From an uncultured Nitrososphaerales archaeon (lineage in GTDB: Archaea > Thermoproteota > Nitrososphaeria > Nitrososphaerales > Nitrososphaeraceae), in assembly GCA_963709405.1 (NCBI GenBank), contig CAVPXM010000021.1, positions 96,001 through 160,000 of the forward strand: a stretch of DNA of 64,000 nucleotides, in the 5' to 3' direction. The position numbers and the translations under genes are program-made. Positions 35,266 through 47,172 of this stretch are shown here, in pieces. Position 1 is the stretch's first letter, and each line of letters opens with the position of its first letter. The notes under the pieces were generated by a model. That model saw only the letters and a list, made by a program, of their open reading frames with translations. It was not told the DNA's origin and did not search any database.

Positions 35266-35737
35266 TTTTACAACAAGATCTCCCAACTAACATTTTTTCG
35301 AATAATATGATGATTCTAGGATTAGGGTATTTTTGCAGAATTGGTCCATTTAAATCACGCCGGTTCCATGGCTATTCAGTACCGATGAATTGAAGAAATC
35401 ACCGTTTATTACTGGTACTACTATCAGCAATACCTGATTTATCTTTAATACAACAATAGCCATTTAGAAGTTAAAACGCGTACATCAAAAGATATCACGA
35501 ACTAAAATAATTGTTGTAGGTAGGACAATTTAGCTCTAATTGAAAGTTTCGAATGCAATGAATTGCAGTAACCTCCGTGACTATGAGATAGCTCTGGGTA
35601 AGTTTTAATCCATTTAGTTAAAGGTTAATAAGCCGCCTAATAAGGAAGTTCTAGTCAAACGTACTTGATATTTTGGAGCGAGTCTTTTTCTAAAATCTCA
35701 ATATTTGGGTATGCTCACTTAGAAGAGATGTCGTGTC

Positions 35738-36331
35738 GTGCGTTCAAGTCGCAGACTTCTATTATGTAGGTCAGTCATAATAATACTAATTTTGACATGC
35801 ATGGAGTATACGATTATCCAAGCTGTTGTAGCAGCTTGGCCATTGTTGTCTTTGGTCGATGAAAGTTCGAGCGACTTTACTAACTCCGTAGCAAATCTAT
35901 TTTTTTATTTAGTCCTGGTCATATTAACCGGTATTGCATATTCAATTAGGAGGCAAACCTTTCCAGTTATCATCGGCATCACCTTCATTTTGTTGAGTTG
36001 CCTAACGTGGTATTACGTATCCATTGGAGATCAATTTTCAGTAACTATGTTTGGGTATAAAGTTATTGCCTTACTATTGTGGATAGCGGCTTCTAGCATT
36101 TTGATCAGGAAATTTCAGAAGAAATCCAAGAGACGAAACTTCACTATACCAGTTAAACGAGATACTATTCATGGACAGAAAAACAAATGTGCGATTTGCA
36201 AAACAGGATTAGAAATTTACGGACTAGATTTTCACCACTCTGATGGCGATAGGTCAAATAATAAAAGATCGAATTGTAGGGCATTATGTACTCCTTGTCA
36301 CAGAAGAAGACATGCTGACGTTGGAACCTAG
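35738..36331 (+). CDS. Membrane protein with C-terminal HNH nuclease domain
   Basis: About 4 hydrophobic segments, then CAIC...DFHHSDGDRSNNKRSNCRALCTPCH. Confidence 0.8.
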   Translation: MRSSRRLLLCRSVIIILILTCMEYTIIQAVVAAWPLLSLVDESSSDFTNSVANLFFYLVLVILTGIAYSIRRQTFPVIIGITFILLSCLTWYYVSIGDQFSVTMFGYKVIALLLWIAASSILIRKFQKKSKRRNFTIPVKRDTIHGQKNKCAICKTGLEIYGLDFHHSDGDRSNNKRSNCRALCTPCHRRRHADVGT

Positions 36332-36554
36332 GCACTAGTCTTTTATAGATTCTAGCTTATCTTGTTCAACCGATTTACACGTTTCTCATTATATGATATA
36401 CCGGTACAGATCTCGAAAAAATGTTACCTAGCTACGTAACATAATGACTGAGAACTAAATACCCTGGGTATACTATTAGCATGGGCTATGGCTTACCACG
36501 AATGATGAATTGCATGCGATATAGCAGCTAGGCATGGTTCTAATTAATGCAATT

Positions 36555-37115
36555 TCATTGTATAACGGCAGGCAGTATAAATGCAAAGGTAGCTCCATTT
36601 CCTTCAGAATTATTTTTTCCCCATATCATCCCGCCATTTTCGATCTCTAACATCTTATCCCTGGCCGGTCTAGACTTATGCCAGAGAGTTTCAAAGATGT
36701 ATTGCTGATGTTGTACTATTTCCTGCACATTACTGTAAATAATTTGATCTGCAGGTTTTCCTTTATCATGTACAACCGCTGATGATAGGTATACCATCTC
36801 GCTCAAATATAAGTTTCCTTTTATTCCATCCAAGTGATTCAGGGCATCTACAATCTTCATTAATGCCTTACAATATGTAATATTTCTTGAAGTAATTTGG
36901 GTGATATATCTGAATCTTACACCCCTTGCCTTGGCATCAATCATTAATTTCATAAGTCGTTCATTTTCGATTATTGACGAAGGTCCAGTATCGTCCACGC
37001 ATGCGTCAATCCGCAATCCGGCACTTGAGATGAAGTCTGATATCACTTTCATTACATTCTGTTTACCGCGGAGTACCTCAGTATGCTCAAGTTTCGTGTT
37101 CGATCGAGTTGACAC
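36555..37115 (-). pseudogene. Sensor histidine kinase with in-frame internal deletion
   Basis: TrmB-like sensor domain (RGVRFRYITQIT...QQYIFETLW) joined directly to the HATPase tail GGMIWGKNNSEGNGATFAFILP. Confidence 0.75.
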
Positions 37116-38099
37116 AAATAATTATAGTAATCTACTATGATCTATAAAAATTTATACCACTAATATACCGATGTTACGTAATCTTATGAATGATTCGCCC
37201 ATAATATGATGATTTTTATTCAAACTCGCTACAAATGGTAGCCCAATCATCACCCTGAAAAATGTGTTATACAATGGTGCTTTCCTTTGTAAAGGAGGCC
37301 TCACAACGACACACTTCGAATTTCGTAAACAAGTTTGCTAAGATTGAACGTATTATATTAGCATACCAGTGTCTTGCGATCACGCTGACATCAACTCTTT
37401 TACTTAAGGATCGTCTATCGTGTACCATCAAATATCGAGTTATCGGGGTTTCGCATATCCCTGACCATGCGTGTTCCGTAATTGAAGAGGAAAATAGCCA
37501 GTGATTTCTATGGGTTGGTGGTTAGGCTGATGAAAGGAATATTGTTGGAAAAGTATACATTCTCATGTATTAAACCAGAATAATGTTTAATACTCGCTAA
37601 TTATCTTGAAATAAATTACTGACCTTGCCATTGCTTCTGTGGTTATCCCTTGTAAATCAACCTATTTGTCCTACTATACTGTGGAGCACACGCCTGTTTA
37701 ACTTCAATATTAAATTGATTGGAACACCTGGATTTGATAGATAGAAGGTGGTTTGAATCTAGTGTTTTCTTTCTACTAATAATTAGATACGATTTCTTTA
37801 TCTATCTATCTATACTGACCAAAGTTAATCGCTTAACCCTTGGCCCGTGTGGCGATGTATGCATCCTTATAGATGTGTCTCTTTTGTAATAACAAGATCT
37901 ACTTCACGTTCCTACCTATCTCTACAATGTGGCTTATGTGTATACTCCATGGTGGAATATGCTACGCCTTACTGCTGATTGCACGAGTCTAGCCAATACT
38001 TGGAGGCTATATGTCGGCAATGGCATGAACTATAAGAGGTAATGCATAACAGTTAAAATTAATGTAGCGTCAGCTGATCAATACTGGTATTAGATATAA

Positions 38100-39191
38100 T
38101 TATGCAAGTTTCCGCATCTTCCCAGGTTTTTGCATGTTGATCATCTTTGATAACCCTTGCATGTAATTCTTTGCAAATGTAGTTACTGGCTGAGAGGAAT
38201 ACCAAATGCAGCCGAGTACTTTACAATCGTGACAGGTTTTGGCTATATCCCATTGCGGAGCATTCCAGATTTCATCAATGGTTTGCTCTAGTAGATTGTA
38301 AGTGTTTTGAGGACTATTGAATTTCCAGCATGGGACCAGAACTGTGCCATTCCCATTAATAAAGACGCTTTTCCACACACCACATTCGTCAAATACTCCC
38401 CTTCCATTTTCGATTATTTGCTCAAAATATTGCCTAGGGATCATTATTTGGGGCGATGAGTGTTTTTTTCCATACTCCAATATACTTTCACAGACACGGA
38501 CCATAGTGCGACGATCTGGAAGCAAAGTGTAATCAACATCAGATCGATCTTCTACAAATGTAAACGAAACGGCGTTGGAACCTAATTCCCTTGCTCTTTC
38601 GAAATAAGATTGGTTTATGAATTCCTCAGTATTGTACTTAGTAATAACACTGTTAAAGTAGTGAGGTATCTTATATTCGGTTAGGAGTTGAAGATTTTCT
38701 ATAACTCTCTGGTATACTGAAGGAGTAACGCCTCGTACTTTGCAGTAGGAATCTTCAAAGACAGAATCGATACTACAAGTAATAAATTGAACATAATTTT
38801 TTAATTCATTGAGATCGATGTTATGAAGAAGAGAACAATTAGTAATCACTGTAATAGGCATTTTTAGATTATATATATACCTAACAATCTCCATAAAGTC
38901 AGGACGGCTTGTTGGTTCGCCGCCTTCTATGATTGACCAGATACAATATTTTGAGACTTTGTCAAAAATCAATTTCCATTGCTCTGTAGTTAAGTCATTA
39001 TTCCTTGCAAGGTCGATTTGACTAGTCTTATCAGGATCTCCAAAAGGACACATTGGGCAGTAAAAGTTGCAGTAATGTGTGAGACTGAATACCGCAATCA
39101 ATGGGCGCCTCCTTCCGATAAGCCTGTTGCCCGACCAATTCCCCAAAATCTTGATTGTACGTATGGTGTCAACTACCAACAGTAATGTCAA
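38100..39191 (-). CDS. Radical SAM/SPASM protein (resembles the archaeal PTO1314 family)
   Basis: CNFYCPMC, EGGEP, C-terminal C..W...PCW...CHDC...C cluster. Confidence 0.88.
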   Translation of the reverse strand: MTLLLVVDTIRTIKILGNWSGNRLIGRRRPLIAVFSLTHYCNFYCPMCPFGDPDKTSQIDLARNNDLTTEQWKLIFDKVSKYCIWSIIEGGEPTSRPDFMEIVRYIYNLKMPITVITNCSLLHNIDLNELKNYVQFITCSIDSVFEDSYCKVRGVTPSVYQRVIENLQLLTEYKIPHYFNSVITKYNTEEFINQSYFERARELGSNAVSFTFVEDRSDVDYTLLPDRRTMVRVCESILEYGKKHSSPQIMIPRQYFEQIIENGRGVFDECGVWKSVFINGNGTVLVPCWKFNSPQNTYNLLEQTIDEIWNAPQWDIAKTCHDCKVLGCIWYSSQPVTTFAKNYMQGLSKMINMQKPGKMRKLA

Positions 39192-39463
39192 TGAGTGAAG
39201 ATTTATTAGTATTTTGCTAGGTCTAGTTCCGGTACTCGTTGTAATAATGGAGGATGGTCATACTGACCGTATTGCGGTTAGCTCCTCGTGGATCTCCTTT
39301 TCGTTGCTGACTCGCACAAGGAGATTGAAAGATGTTTCAAGATATCTTTTTGCTACTCGTTCAATTCTTTGGATAACTAATGGCATAATCTCAGTAACGA
39401 TGTGGACCAGTTTTCTCGAAGAAAGAAAAGTAGTAATAACCTATCTTATTATAAGATGATAGT

Positions 39464-39742
39464 TTGACAAGTTCCAAACATTTTACAATTGAAGAAGCAA
39501 AAAGAATTGGTGAAGCACTTGGAATTGATTGGAGTAAGTTTGACGTTGAACAATTTAGAATGGGGTTAAATGTCGAGCTAGAACATGGTAAGAGAGATTC
39601 CAGTACCAACGTAACGCAAGATGACGAGGTAGTTACTGGAAAAATTGCGCTTGCACATCTAAATGAGTTTCCAGACTACTACACTCGACTTCAAAAAATG
39701 GAAACTGAAGCCGGTGAAGATATGGATAAAACTAAAAAATGA
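39464..39742 (+). CDS. DUF5661-like small protein
   Basis: QFRMGLNVELEHG...KIALAHLNEFPDYYTRL. Confidence 0.85.
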   Translation: MTSSKHFTIEEAKRIGEALGIDWSKFDVEQFRMGLNVELEHGKRDSSTNVTQDDEVVTGKIALAHLNEFPDYYTRLQKMETEAGEDMDKTKK

Positions 39743-40665
39743 AAGTAAATGTGACACGAGAACATCCCACACTTTTCACAATAAAGATCAGAAGACTTAC
39801 CATCCCATCTTCTCAATCCTGTTTTGAAATAGAAACCAAGCACTAGGCCTCACTATCAACATGTCTTTTATGGTTTTCTTTGTGTATATGAATAGGTGAG
39901 AAATTTGGCCCTTTGGAGATTTTTAGAATGCCAGATTGATTTGAGTACCAAACAATACAACGCAGGTATAGCTATAAGGTAATAATAAGAGCGTTACTTT
40001 CCGATCTAAAATAGACGTCGATTATAATTATATGAAAATGTCTACTTGACTAAAGGCATGAATATTCGCAACATAGTATTACACAATCCACGATTGTAAT
40101 TTCTTGCTAGTAATTCAATCGTTTAGTAAGATCAGGTGTAGTTATATCCTCCCAACAGTTTAAACAATAGTCGCCTAAAACGTTATACACCTCAACTTCA
40201 CTCTTTTTACATTTTTCACATATATAAATTAAAACATCCATATTCAATGTTGTAATAATTACAACGTGTATCAGCTATATGTATTGTTCCCTACTAATGT
40301 GCTTATTACTTTGATTAATGTATATCCCTAACGAACTTTCACAGAACTCGTAGTATTAATTTGATAGGCAATATCTTTGTAACTTCATGATGCCTTCTAC
40401 TCGTTCACATAACCAGACCATTTGGAGTTGGAGTTGACTAGTATCTATCTCTCTGATCCACTATGTCCTCTACCAGGAAGCACGCGTGAAAGATGCAACC
40501 AGCATCACGATTTATGACTTGCTTAATGCCTAATCAGCCATTCCTTACATTCCATCTTCCAACTAAACGATCTGCATCCAGGAATGGAACATAATAGCCA
40601 GCCATTACCGATTTGTAAATAATCATGTTGGTGTTCAGAAGCCATGATTTGAGGTTCAGTCCTTT

Positions 40666-40960
40666 TTACCGGTTTTTCCTTCTGCGGGAGTAATTACCAT
40701 CGGAAAATCTTAGTTGTGGATCTCCCGATGTTACGGCTTGTAGTATAACCATAGCGACTTCTTTTGACGAGGGTTTTTCATTCTCTTCATGATATAAATT
40801 CAGTGATTGTAGCATAGGGATTTTGGATGTATCTTTTTTTGCTGAGGCGCTTGAGTTCAAAATGTTAGGTCTAATGACACCGGGTTCAATTATGAGTCAC
40901 TAATCCGAGCGCTAGTTCATAAGCGGTACATCGCTAAGCATTACGCCGCAAATATTGTCC
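40666..40960 (-). pseudogene. SDR oxidoreductase C-terminal remnant
   Basis: YELALGL, LIIEPGVIRPN, EVAMVILQAVTSGDPQLRF in broken frames. Confidence 0.6.
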
Positions 40961-41416
40961 GAGAATGCAGCAATTGATCAATCTTAAGCAAAAACAAGAT
41001 GAATTACATCGTACAAGTTTAGAGAAACACTCATAATATCATGTCTAAAAATTAATACAATTGTCTATTTCGTCAGCCGGCATTGCTAAGGCCAACTGAA
41101 TCCACATCATGAACGAATCAAAACATTTAAAGAATTTCGAGTAGATATTTTATCCCGAATCCATATATACGTCGCGGAAGTCATACATGTACTGGAGGAT
41201 TGACGATGATTTCGTTCGGCATGCTATCAATGTACCGGTTAAAAATATCAGATTTTTCTGAATTTTCAACAATCCTGAATTGGCAGCCGTGCTAAAAACT
41301 GTAAACAAGATAGGCCTGAGACATTGGTTCAGATTGAAAATAGGATAAAGCCATAAAAAAAGTCCTGAATTAGTAACATGTCTTATGATGATTTGCTATT
41401 CTGAAATGGGAAAGTA

Positions 41417-41572
41417 TTGCCTCCAAGACCTAAAAGAAAGCTCATTAAAAGAGGTGCAGAGGCAGACATTTTTGTGATCAGTTGGTTTGGAGAAAAGGCA
41501 ATTTCAAAGATAAGAAAACCCAAGCCCTATCGAAATCTATTGCTGGACAGCGAGATTCGCAAAAAAGGACTC
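41417..41572 (+). pseudogene. bud32: Bud32 (KEOPS kinase) 5' fragment
   Basis: LIKRGAEADIF...KAISKIRKPKPYRNLLLDSEIRKK(RT); homology ends abruptly. Confidence 0.8.
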
Positions 41573-41874
41573 TTTGCGCGACTCAATTGCGTCCTTTGAA
41601 CATTGTCCCTTTTGAAGCAACAACAAAAACTATGTATTTCTATCTTGACACTATTACTAATTTTTTTACATTGCAGCAAGCCTCTATGAACTAGCTTGAT
41701 CTACTAGCAATATGAGCCGATCACCAAAGCCTTAAGACGTGCTATTTATCTCAGTTTACGTAATCAAATCGATTCATCATTTTGTATTGCTAAGCTTAGC
41801 ATATGAGGCATATTTGGTACCTATATTTATATATAGTAATGACTATATATACATAGGTTATCTTCATTTACATA

Positions 41875-42003
41875 ATGGCTAAGACTACTATATTGGTTGA
41901 GACTGAAACAAGGGACAGACTCCGCCTAAGGGGAACTAAGGGAGATACTTATGATGATATAATTAATAAGTTGCTCAAACAAACGGAAGGATTAAAGAAA
42001 TGA
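41875..42003 (+). CDS. 42-aa RHH/antitoxin-like DNA-binding protein
   Basis: MAKTTILVETETRDRLRLRGTKGDTYDDIINKLLKQTEGLKK; TT(I)...TRDRL...G..G.TYDDII.KLL is the pattern of small archaeal RHH proteins; ctatatat TATA ~24 nt upstream. Confidence 0.8.
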   Translation: MAKTTILVETETRDRLRLRGTKGDTYDDIINKLLKQTEGLKK

Positions 42004-42109
42004 TTGATATGGTCGTAGTTTGGGATGCTTACCTGGGCTCTACACAGGTCACACTTGCGTACGAAATATATGACGTGCTCAAGACGAGAAAAGCGGGCTA
42101 GATTAATTC

Positions 42110-42325
42110 GTGAACCTAAACACACGGATTAGGAATCTGTCATACTTGTCGGACTTCGATTATGAGCTGGAGAAAGAGTTAGTGATCTTCTCAAGGAATA
42201 ATAGAGATGACCTCAGAAAGCGACTTCAAGCTCGCTTGACGGAAATGATTATCACAATAATCACTATGCTGATTGCATTCTTGGTAATAGCCTCGTCTAC
42301 TCTCCTGTCCGATGCAACACCATAG
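42110..42325 (+). CDS. Small hypothetical protein with C-terminal TM helix
   Basis: 71 aa ORF downstream of the RHH gene. Confidence 0.35.
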   Translation: MNLNTRIRNLSYLSDFDYELEKELVIFSRNNRDDLRKRLQARLTEMIITIITMLIAFLVIASSTLLSDATP

Positions 42326-42930
42326 TTTAATAACCAACCCATTTTATTCAGATTAGTGCAATTGTGCGATCACGGATTTTGCACGCGCAGCATTTTTTAG
42401 AATTAGTCACCAAGGGAATTCAAGTTTACTGAAACCTATATTATGATTCTATCCAAATTCAGAAGAAGGCATCGCACCTTGAACGTGTAGAAGTCGAGTG
42501 TTATTCAAACTATATCTCAGTAAACGTAGTACTTTTGATATTACTTCATTGAATATCGAGGTTAGCGGTACACTTACATATAGTGAACACTAATGATACT
42601 TGTTAAGGACTAATGTCATCTTAAAATGCAAGAAAATGATTTTATATCTGTAGATCGTTGCCCTGCACTAGACATTTCTTAGTTCAGTAATTTGACGATA
42701 ATTATCGATGGAACGAACTTGTCCTTATAAAACGTTGCGTTGAATTACCACAGGATTATAAAATATATATGTGGTTGATTTTAGTTGGAACATGTCATTT
42801 AGTTTATGCGTTTACATGTTTTGTGCTAGTCATATTATTAGCACGAGTCTATCCATAATATTTCGAACTGCATATGAAGTAAATAATAATCAATCATGAT
42901 TTCTCTTAAGCCATAAAATAGGGTAAGAAC

Positions 42931-44376
42931 TTGAACTACAAATGGATCGCACTAAGCAACACCACCATCGGTACACTGATGGCATCACTTGATAGAAATA
43001 TCGTTGTCATAGCCCTACCTACCATTGCATCCGAGTTACACACTTCTCTTCTAACTTTGGTATGGATCGCTCTTGGTTATTGGGTTGTGACTGCATGTGT
43101 ACTCTTGAATTTTGGTAGGTTGGCAGATATGTTTGGGAGAGTTAGATTATACAACATTGGTTTTATACTATTCACGATAGGCTCTGCATTGTGTAGTATA
43201 TCGTATACTGGAGAACAATTGATAATATTTCGAGTCATCCAGGCTTTTGGCGCAGCATTTCTTTTTTCCAATAGTGCTGCAATACTCACAGATACATTTC
43301 CAGAGAATGAAAGAGGTAAGGCATTGGGGCTAAATCAAGTATCGATAGTGGTCGGGTCTGTGATAGGACTTACGCTTGGAGGCTTCTTAACCTCTTATTT
43401 AGGATGGAGATCTATATTTTGGATAAACCTACCAATAGGTGGATTTGCGACTATTTGGGCTTATTTTAAGTTACGTGAATTAGGAACTATTAAGAGAGAG
43501 AGAATAGATTGGCTAGGAAATGCTACGTTAGCATTTGGCCTTCTTTTTATATTGATTGGAATAACTTTTGCATCTTTTCAAATTTTCAATCACTTTCAAA
43601 ATTCTTTATTTATCATAGCTGGGTTTGCCTTACTAATACTTTTTTATTTTGTTGAGAAACGTGTATCCAGACCTATGTTCGATCTTTCTCTATTCAAGAT
43701 AAATCTTTTTACTGGCGGAAACATAGCTATATTTCTTAACGCACTTGCCAGAGGTGCATTTACATTAGTTATGGCATTCTATCTTCAAGGATGGTCTATG
43801 AATCTTAGTCCACTCAATGCAGGAATATATTTGATCCCAGTTTCTGTGTCTTTGGCAGTCTTTGCACCGGTAACTGGATGGTTATATGACAGATACAAAT
43901 CTAGGATCTTCATACCTATCGGATTACTTACTTCAGCAGCAGGTTTTCTTATACTGTCGGGGATTGGAGCAACCACATCATTCTATTCGGCCATAATTCC
44001 TCTGGTCTTGGTAGGGGCAGGTATGGGAATATTTGCCTCACCAAACCGAGCTACAATAATGAGTTCAGTTCCATCTCATAGAAGAGGAGTTGCTGCTGCC
44101 ATTAGCACTACCTTGGTTATGACAGGAAGTGCATTCAGTATAGGTATGGTATTCTTGATATTTACTCAGGTTATGCCGTTACATATCGTTCAAAGTATTT
44201 TTATTGGTTCTTCTACCTCATCGTCAGATGCTGTTAGAATAATTGTTCCCAAATTTATGAATTCATTACACATTATATTTCTACTATCTGCATTTCTAAT
44301 GCTTGTTTCAATTGTACCATCCATGATGACGCCGAACTTAAAAATGAAATTTTTCTCCTTCTTAGGAATGTCATAG
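42931..44376 (+). CDS. MFS transporter, DHA2 (EmrB/QacA) type
   Basis: About 14 TM segments; GRLADMFGR motif A; FPENERGKALG; WRSIFWINLPIG. Confidence 0.95.
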   Translation: MNYKWIALSNTTIGTLMASLDRNIVVIALPTIASELHTSLLTLVWIALGYWVVTACVLLNFGRLADMFGRVRLYNIGFILFTIGSALCSISYTGEQLIIFRVIQAFGAAFLFSNSAAILTDTFPENERGKALGLNQVSIVVGSVIGLTLGGFLTSYLGWRSIFWINLPIGGFATIWAYFKLRELGTIKRERIDWLGNATLAFGLLFILIGITFASFQIFNHFQNSLFIIAGFALLILFYFVEKRVSRPMFDLSLFKINLFTGGNIAIFLNALARGAFTLVMAFYLQGWSMNLSPLNAGIYLIPVSVSLAVFAPVTGWLYDRYKSRIFIPIGLLTSAAGFLILSGIGATTSFYSAIIPLVLVGAGMGIFASPNRATIMSSVPSHRRGVAAAISTTLVMTGSAFSIGMVFLIFTQVMPLHIVQSIFIGSSTSSSDAVRIIVPKFMNSLHIIFLLSAFLMLVSIVPSMMTPNLKMKFFSFLGMS

Positions 44377-44757
44377 TAAAATAGCAAGTCCAAGCCACCC
44401 CCAAGCATTTGAATTACAATGAAAAACAATGTTATCAAATCTGGGCTTAAGTTATATACAAAGATTTGCAAAACTATGGCTTTAATAAATTAGCATTAAT
44501 CAATCATGCTAGTTATCATTTATGCTTTCTACGATTACCTATTTTACAGCATTTGTTATCAATTCCTATAAAAAGTAACGCACTTCTGATTTACGTCAAT
44601 TCTTTGTGGTATAGTTTTACAACAATAATCATAACTTGTCGATAACATTGAATGAAATGTTCTAATTTGTAATTGAAAATTTCTTTTTATATAGAACAAA
44701 CAAACGTTTCCAATCATAAAATTAATATATAGTACATCATTCTAACGTTGTTTAACA

Positions 44758-44964
44758 ATGGCTGATGAGGCCGGCGTCCAGCAGTTAGGGATAGCCGTGG
44801 GTTTGAAAGAGCTTTTGGCTAACTCTGGTTTTACTACTGCTAGATCAATAATTAGATATTCTCCAGGTGAAATTTCTAAACTATTAGGGATAGAGGTTCA
44901 TGTAGCAAAGATCATTATTGATGAAGCCCAAAAGTTAATAAACACACAAGAAAAAGAAAAATAA
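44758..44964 (+). CDS. Small helix-hairpin-helix protein (RadA N-terminal-like)
   Basis: GIAVGLKELLANSGF...EISKLLGIEVHVAKIIIDEA; TATA box upstream. Confidence 0.7.
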   Translation: MADEAGVQQLGIAVGLKELLANSGFTTARSIIRYSPGEISKLLGIEVHVAKIIIDEAQKLINTQEKEK

Positions 44965-45475
44965 ATGGGCCAACAAAAGGTGACACACCTTCAATACACA
45001 ATACCTAATATGCTCTAGAAATTGGAACTGACGAATCAAATATTTGATTACTATCCATTGATCCCAACCGAGATCGAGGTGTGAAATAATCCCTTTCATG
45101 AGATCTTAATGACTATATTATCTATAGTAACAAGCATTTTTATTAACTTTCCTCATCTCTATCATTATTCATAAAAAAACGATATGCCAATGTTCAATCA
45201 GAATTCAATGCCCACTAATTTACGCAGGAACAAAATTCATACCATTCTTTATGTTGGGCGCTTTCACATATTTATATAATGAGACTTCAAAAAAAGAATC
45301 CCTAAATTTATTTTCTACGTAAATTTAAATGGATCCGAGTCTATACAAAAGCATCGTGTTCTTGCCTTCCTAAATTTTTTTAGTAATGAAAACTGAGTAA
45401 CGATTCACCGCACATTTTTTCATAGAATGTACTGAATAATTGGTGGATATCCAATTTGTGCTGAGTCACTTTTTG

Positions 45476-45838
45476 CTATTTACCAGTATTGGATTGAGGT
45501 GGTTTTTTCTTCCATGCAACCATTAGGAATAAAAACGGTATTACCATTATCGTGGATGCAATCAAGATTGGCTGCATAATCGTCATGTCTATGGGCTTTC
45601 CTACTGCAAGGTAAAATGGGAACGGATAAAATCCTGAAGTAAAGAACCAGAGCGCACCGAACAACAGGAGGAACGGCAGGTTGCGTTTTAGGAATTTATA
45701 AGGTGGCTTTTTTAGCCTGCCACACCTTATACACTTGCTCTTATCTTGAACTAAGCATGAAGAGCAGACTGACTTGGTACAATATGCACAGGTAATATGC
45801 CCGAACCTTGAACCACATATAGTACAGTCCGTTGTCAA
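45476..45838 (-). CDS. Zinc-finger plus two-TM hypothetical protein
   Basis: Four CxxC pairs followed by two hydrophobic helices. Confidence 0.8.
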   Translation of the reverse strand: MTTDCTICGSRFGHITCAYCTKSVCSSCLVQDKSKCIRCGRLKKPPYKFLKRNLPFLLLFGALWFFTSGFYPFPFYLAVGKPIDMTIMQPILIASTIMVIPFLFLMVAWKKKPPQSNTGK

Positions 45839-46311
45839 TTTGCTCTAATACCATTATAAAAGTTTGTATATATATTAGTTAACAATATTTCTTAATATTA
45901 CTATTTTCATAAAATATTGGCATCTGCAATATTTCATCCAAATATGACAGGTGAATTTTGAATTTTGTAAAATAACTAATGTACCAAGCATGATCGCTCT
46001 AGTTTGTAGCTTAATTGCGAAATAACGTCATTCAAGGAGTATTTCGAACATCATAAGAAACGATATGTTAGTATTATTCGTTGACAACCTATATTAATTC
46101 GTAATTCGAAAGTTGAATTCGAAATTACGCTACAAACCAGACGCTTGCATATAGTTTAATTATTAGCATGATGAAATATGTAATTTCGAGTAGCTGTTCG
46201 AACATTCTCCAATACTTTGTTTAAACAGGTCCAATGCAACTCAATCCTCGAGATTCTAGCTGTTGATGGATCAAATGCAGGAATCTCTATAGAAATGGAA
46301 ACAAGCCAAAA

Positions 46312-46329
46312 TGACCGATTAGTCAGTTA
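46312..46329. promoter_or_regulatory. Second copy of the TetR-type operator
   Basis: tgaccgattagtcagtta, 15/18 identical to 33893-33910, again followed by tttatta. Confidence 0.65.
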
Positions 46330-46398
46330 AATTTATTAGTTGCTTTGTAATATATATTAGTGAGAAAGTAGTTGGTACTTTAAGATGTGTAGCAGTGG

Positions 46399-46746
46399 GT
46401 GGAAGATAGATTGAATTTCGGTGATAATTATAATAACAGACAGTTCCTGGCTAATCAACTGCTCTGGTTAGCAATATCCTTAGGAATAAGCATTACAATT
46501 TCTATTTTGCTTCCTTTTCCCATTTCTTTAGTAACAATAATAGGAGTATTCATCCTTCTAAACCTTTACATGAGAAGAAGAGTTATGCAAAGAATGGGAA
46601 TGGGAGGTCTCGGAAAATTAGGTATGTTGGATTCGAGTGTAGCACCAGATAGCTCTTTAAAATACTACTGTATGAGTTGTGGATCTCAACATAGAGACAT
46701 AGCGTGCCCTAAATGTGGTTCAAAAATGAAAAAAGTGGGATTTTGA
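46399..46746 (+). CDS. Two-TM membrane protein with C-terminal zinc ribbon
   Basis: Hydrophobic hairpin, then YYCMSCG...CPKCGSKMK. Confidence 0.85.
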   Translation: MEDRLNFGDNYNNRQFLANQLLWLAISLGISITISILLPFPISLVTIIGVFILLNLYMRRRVMQRMGMGGLGKLGMLDSSVAPDSSLKYYCMSCGSQHRDIACPKCGSKMKKVGF

Positions 46747-46750
46747 TAGA

Positions 46751-47014
46751 TTGATAGGAATATTTAGACGTTGGAAACCAAAAGGTCAAATGTTCAGTCT
46801 GAAGTGTTTCCAATGTGGCTCTGGTTTTCTTTCCAGTTTTAACCTGGAGGCACCTATTTGTGGTAAATGTCTTCAGAAGGCTAAGTCTTTGGACTCGACT
46901 ATAGACCACGACAAAGTTTGCAGTAAATGTGGAAATAGGGGAATAATTTATGGAAAAGAAATGTGCCATTCTTGTTATTTTGGATTCGAAAGCGAGAAGG
47001 TATCGGGCAAGTGA
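46751..47014 (+). CDS. Small double zinc-finger protein
   Basis: CFQC, CGKC, CSKC, CHSC; 4 nt behind the previous gene. Confidence 0.75.
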   Translation: MIGIFRRWKPKGQMFSLKCFQCGSGFLSSFNLEAPICGKCLQKAKSLDSTIDHDKVCSKCGNRGIIYGKEMCHSCYFGFESEKVSGK

Positions 47015-47172
47015 TTTGACTGATCTTGTCAGACTATCCCTATTTACAGGATGCTATTGGAATTTTCGGTAATCTGCGTAGCTAAGTTGAGCAGAATTCT
47101 GTTTGAAGGTTAAATCTAGGCAATTACTCAAAGAACATCACTGATTTCTATCATAAGCGCGACGAAATTCGA

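Noticed and set aside
40523-40645. 40-aa minus-strand ORF MASEHQHDYLQIGNGWLLCSIPGC...
   Set aside because: The HxH/CxxxxC pattern is suggestive, but it sits directly behind a pseudogene with no clear promoter or ribosome-binding site; insufficient support.
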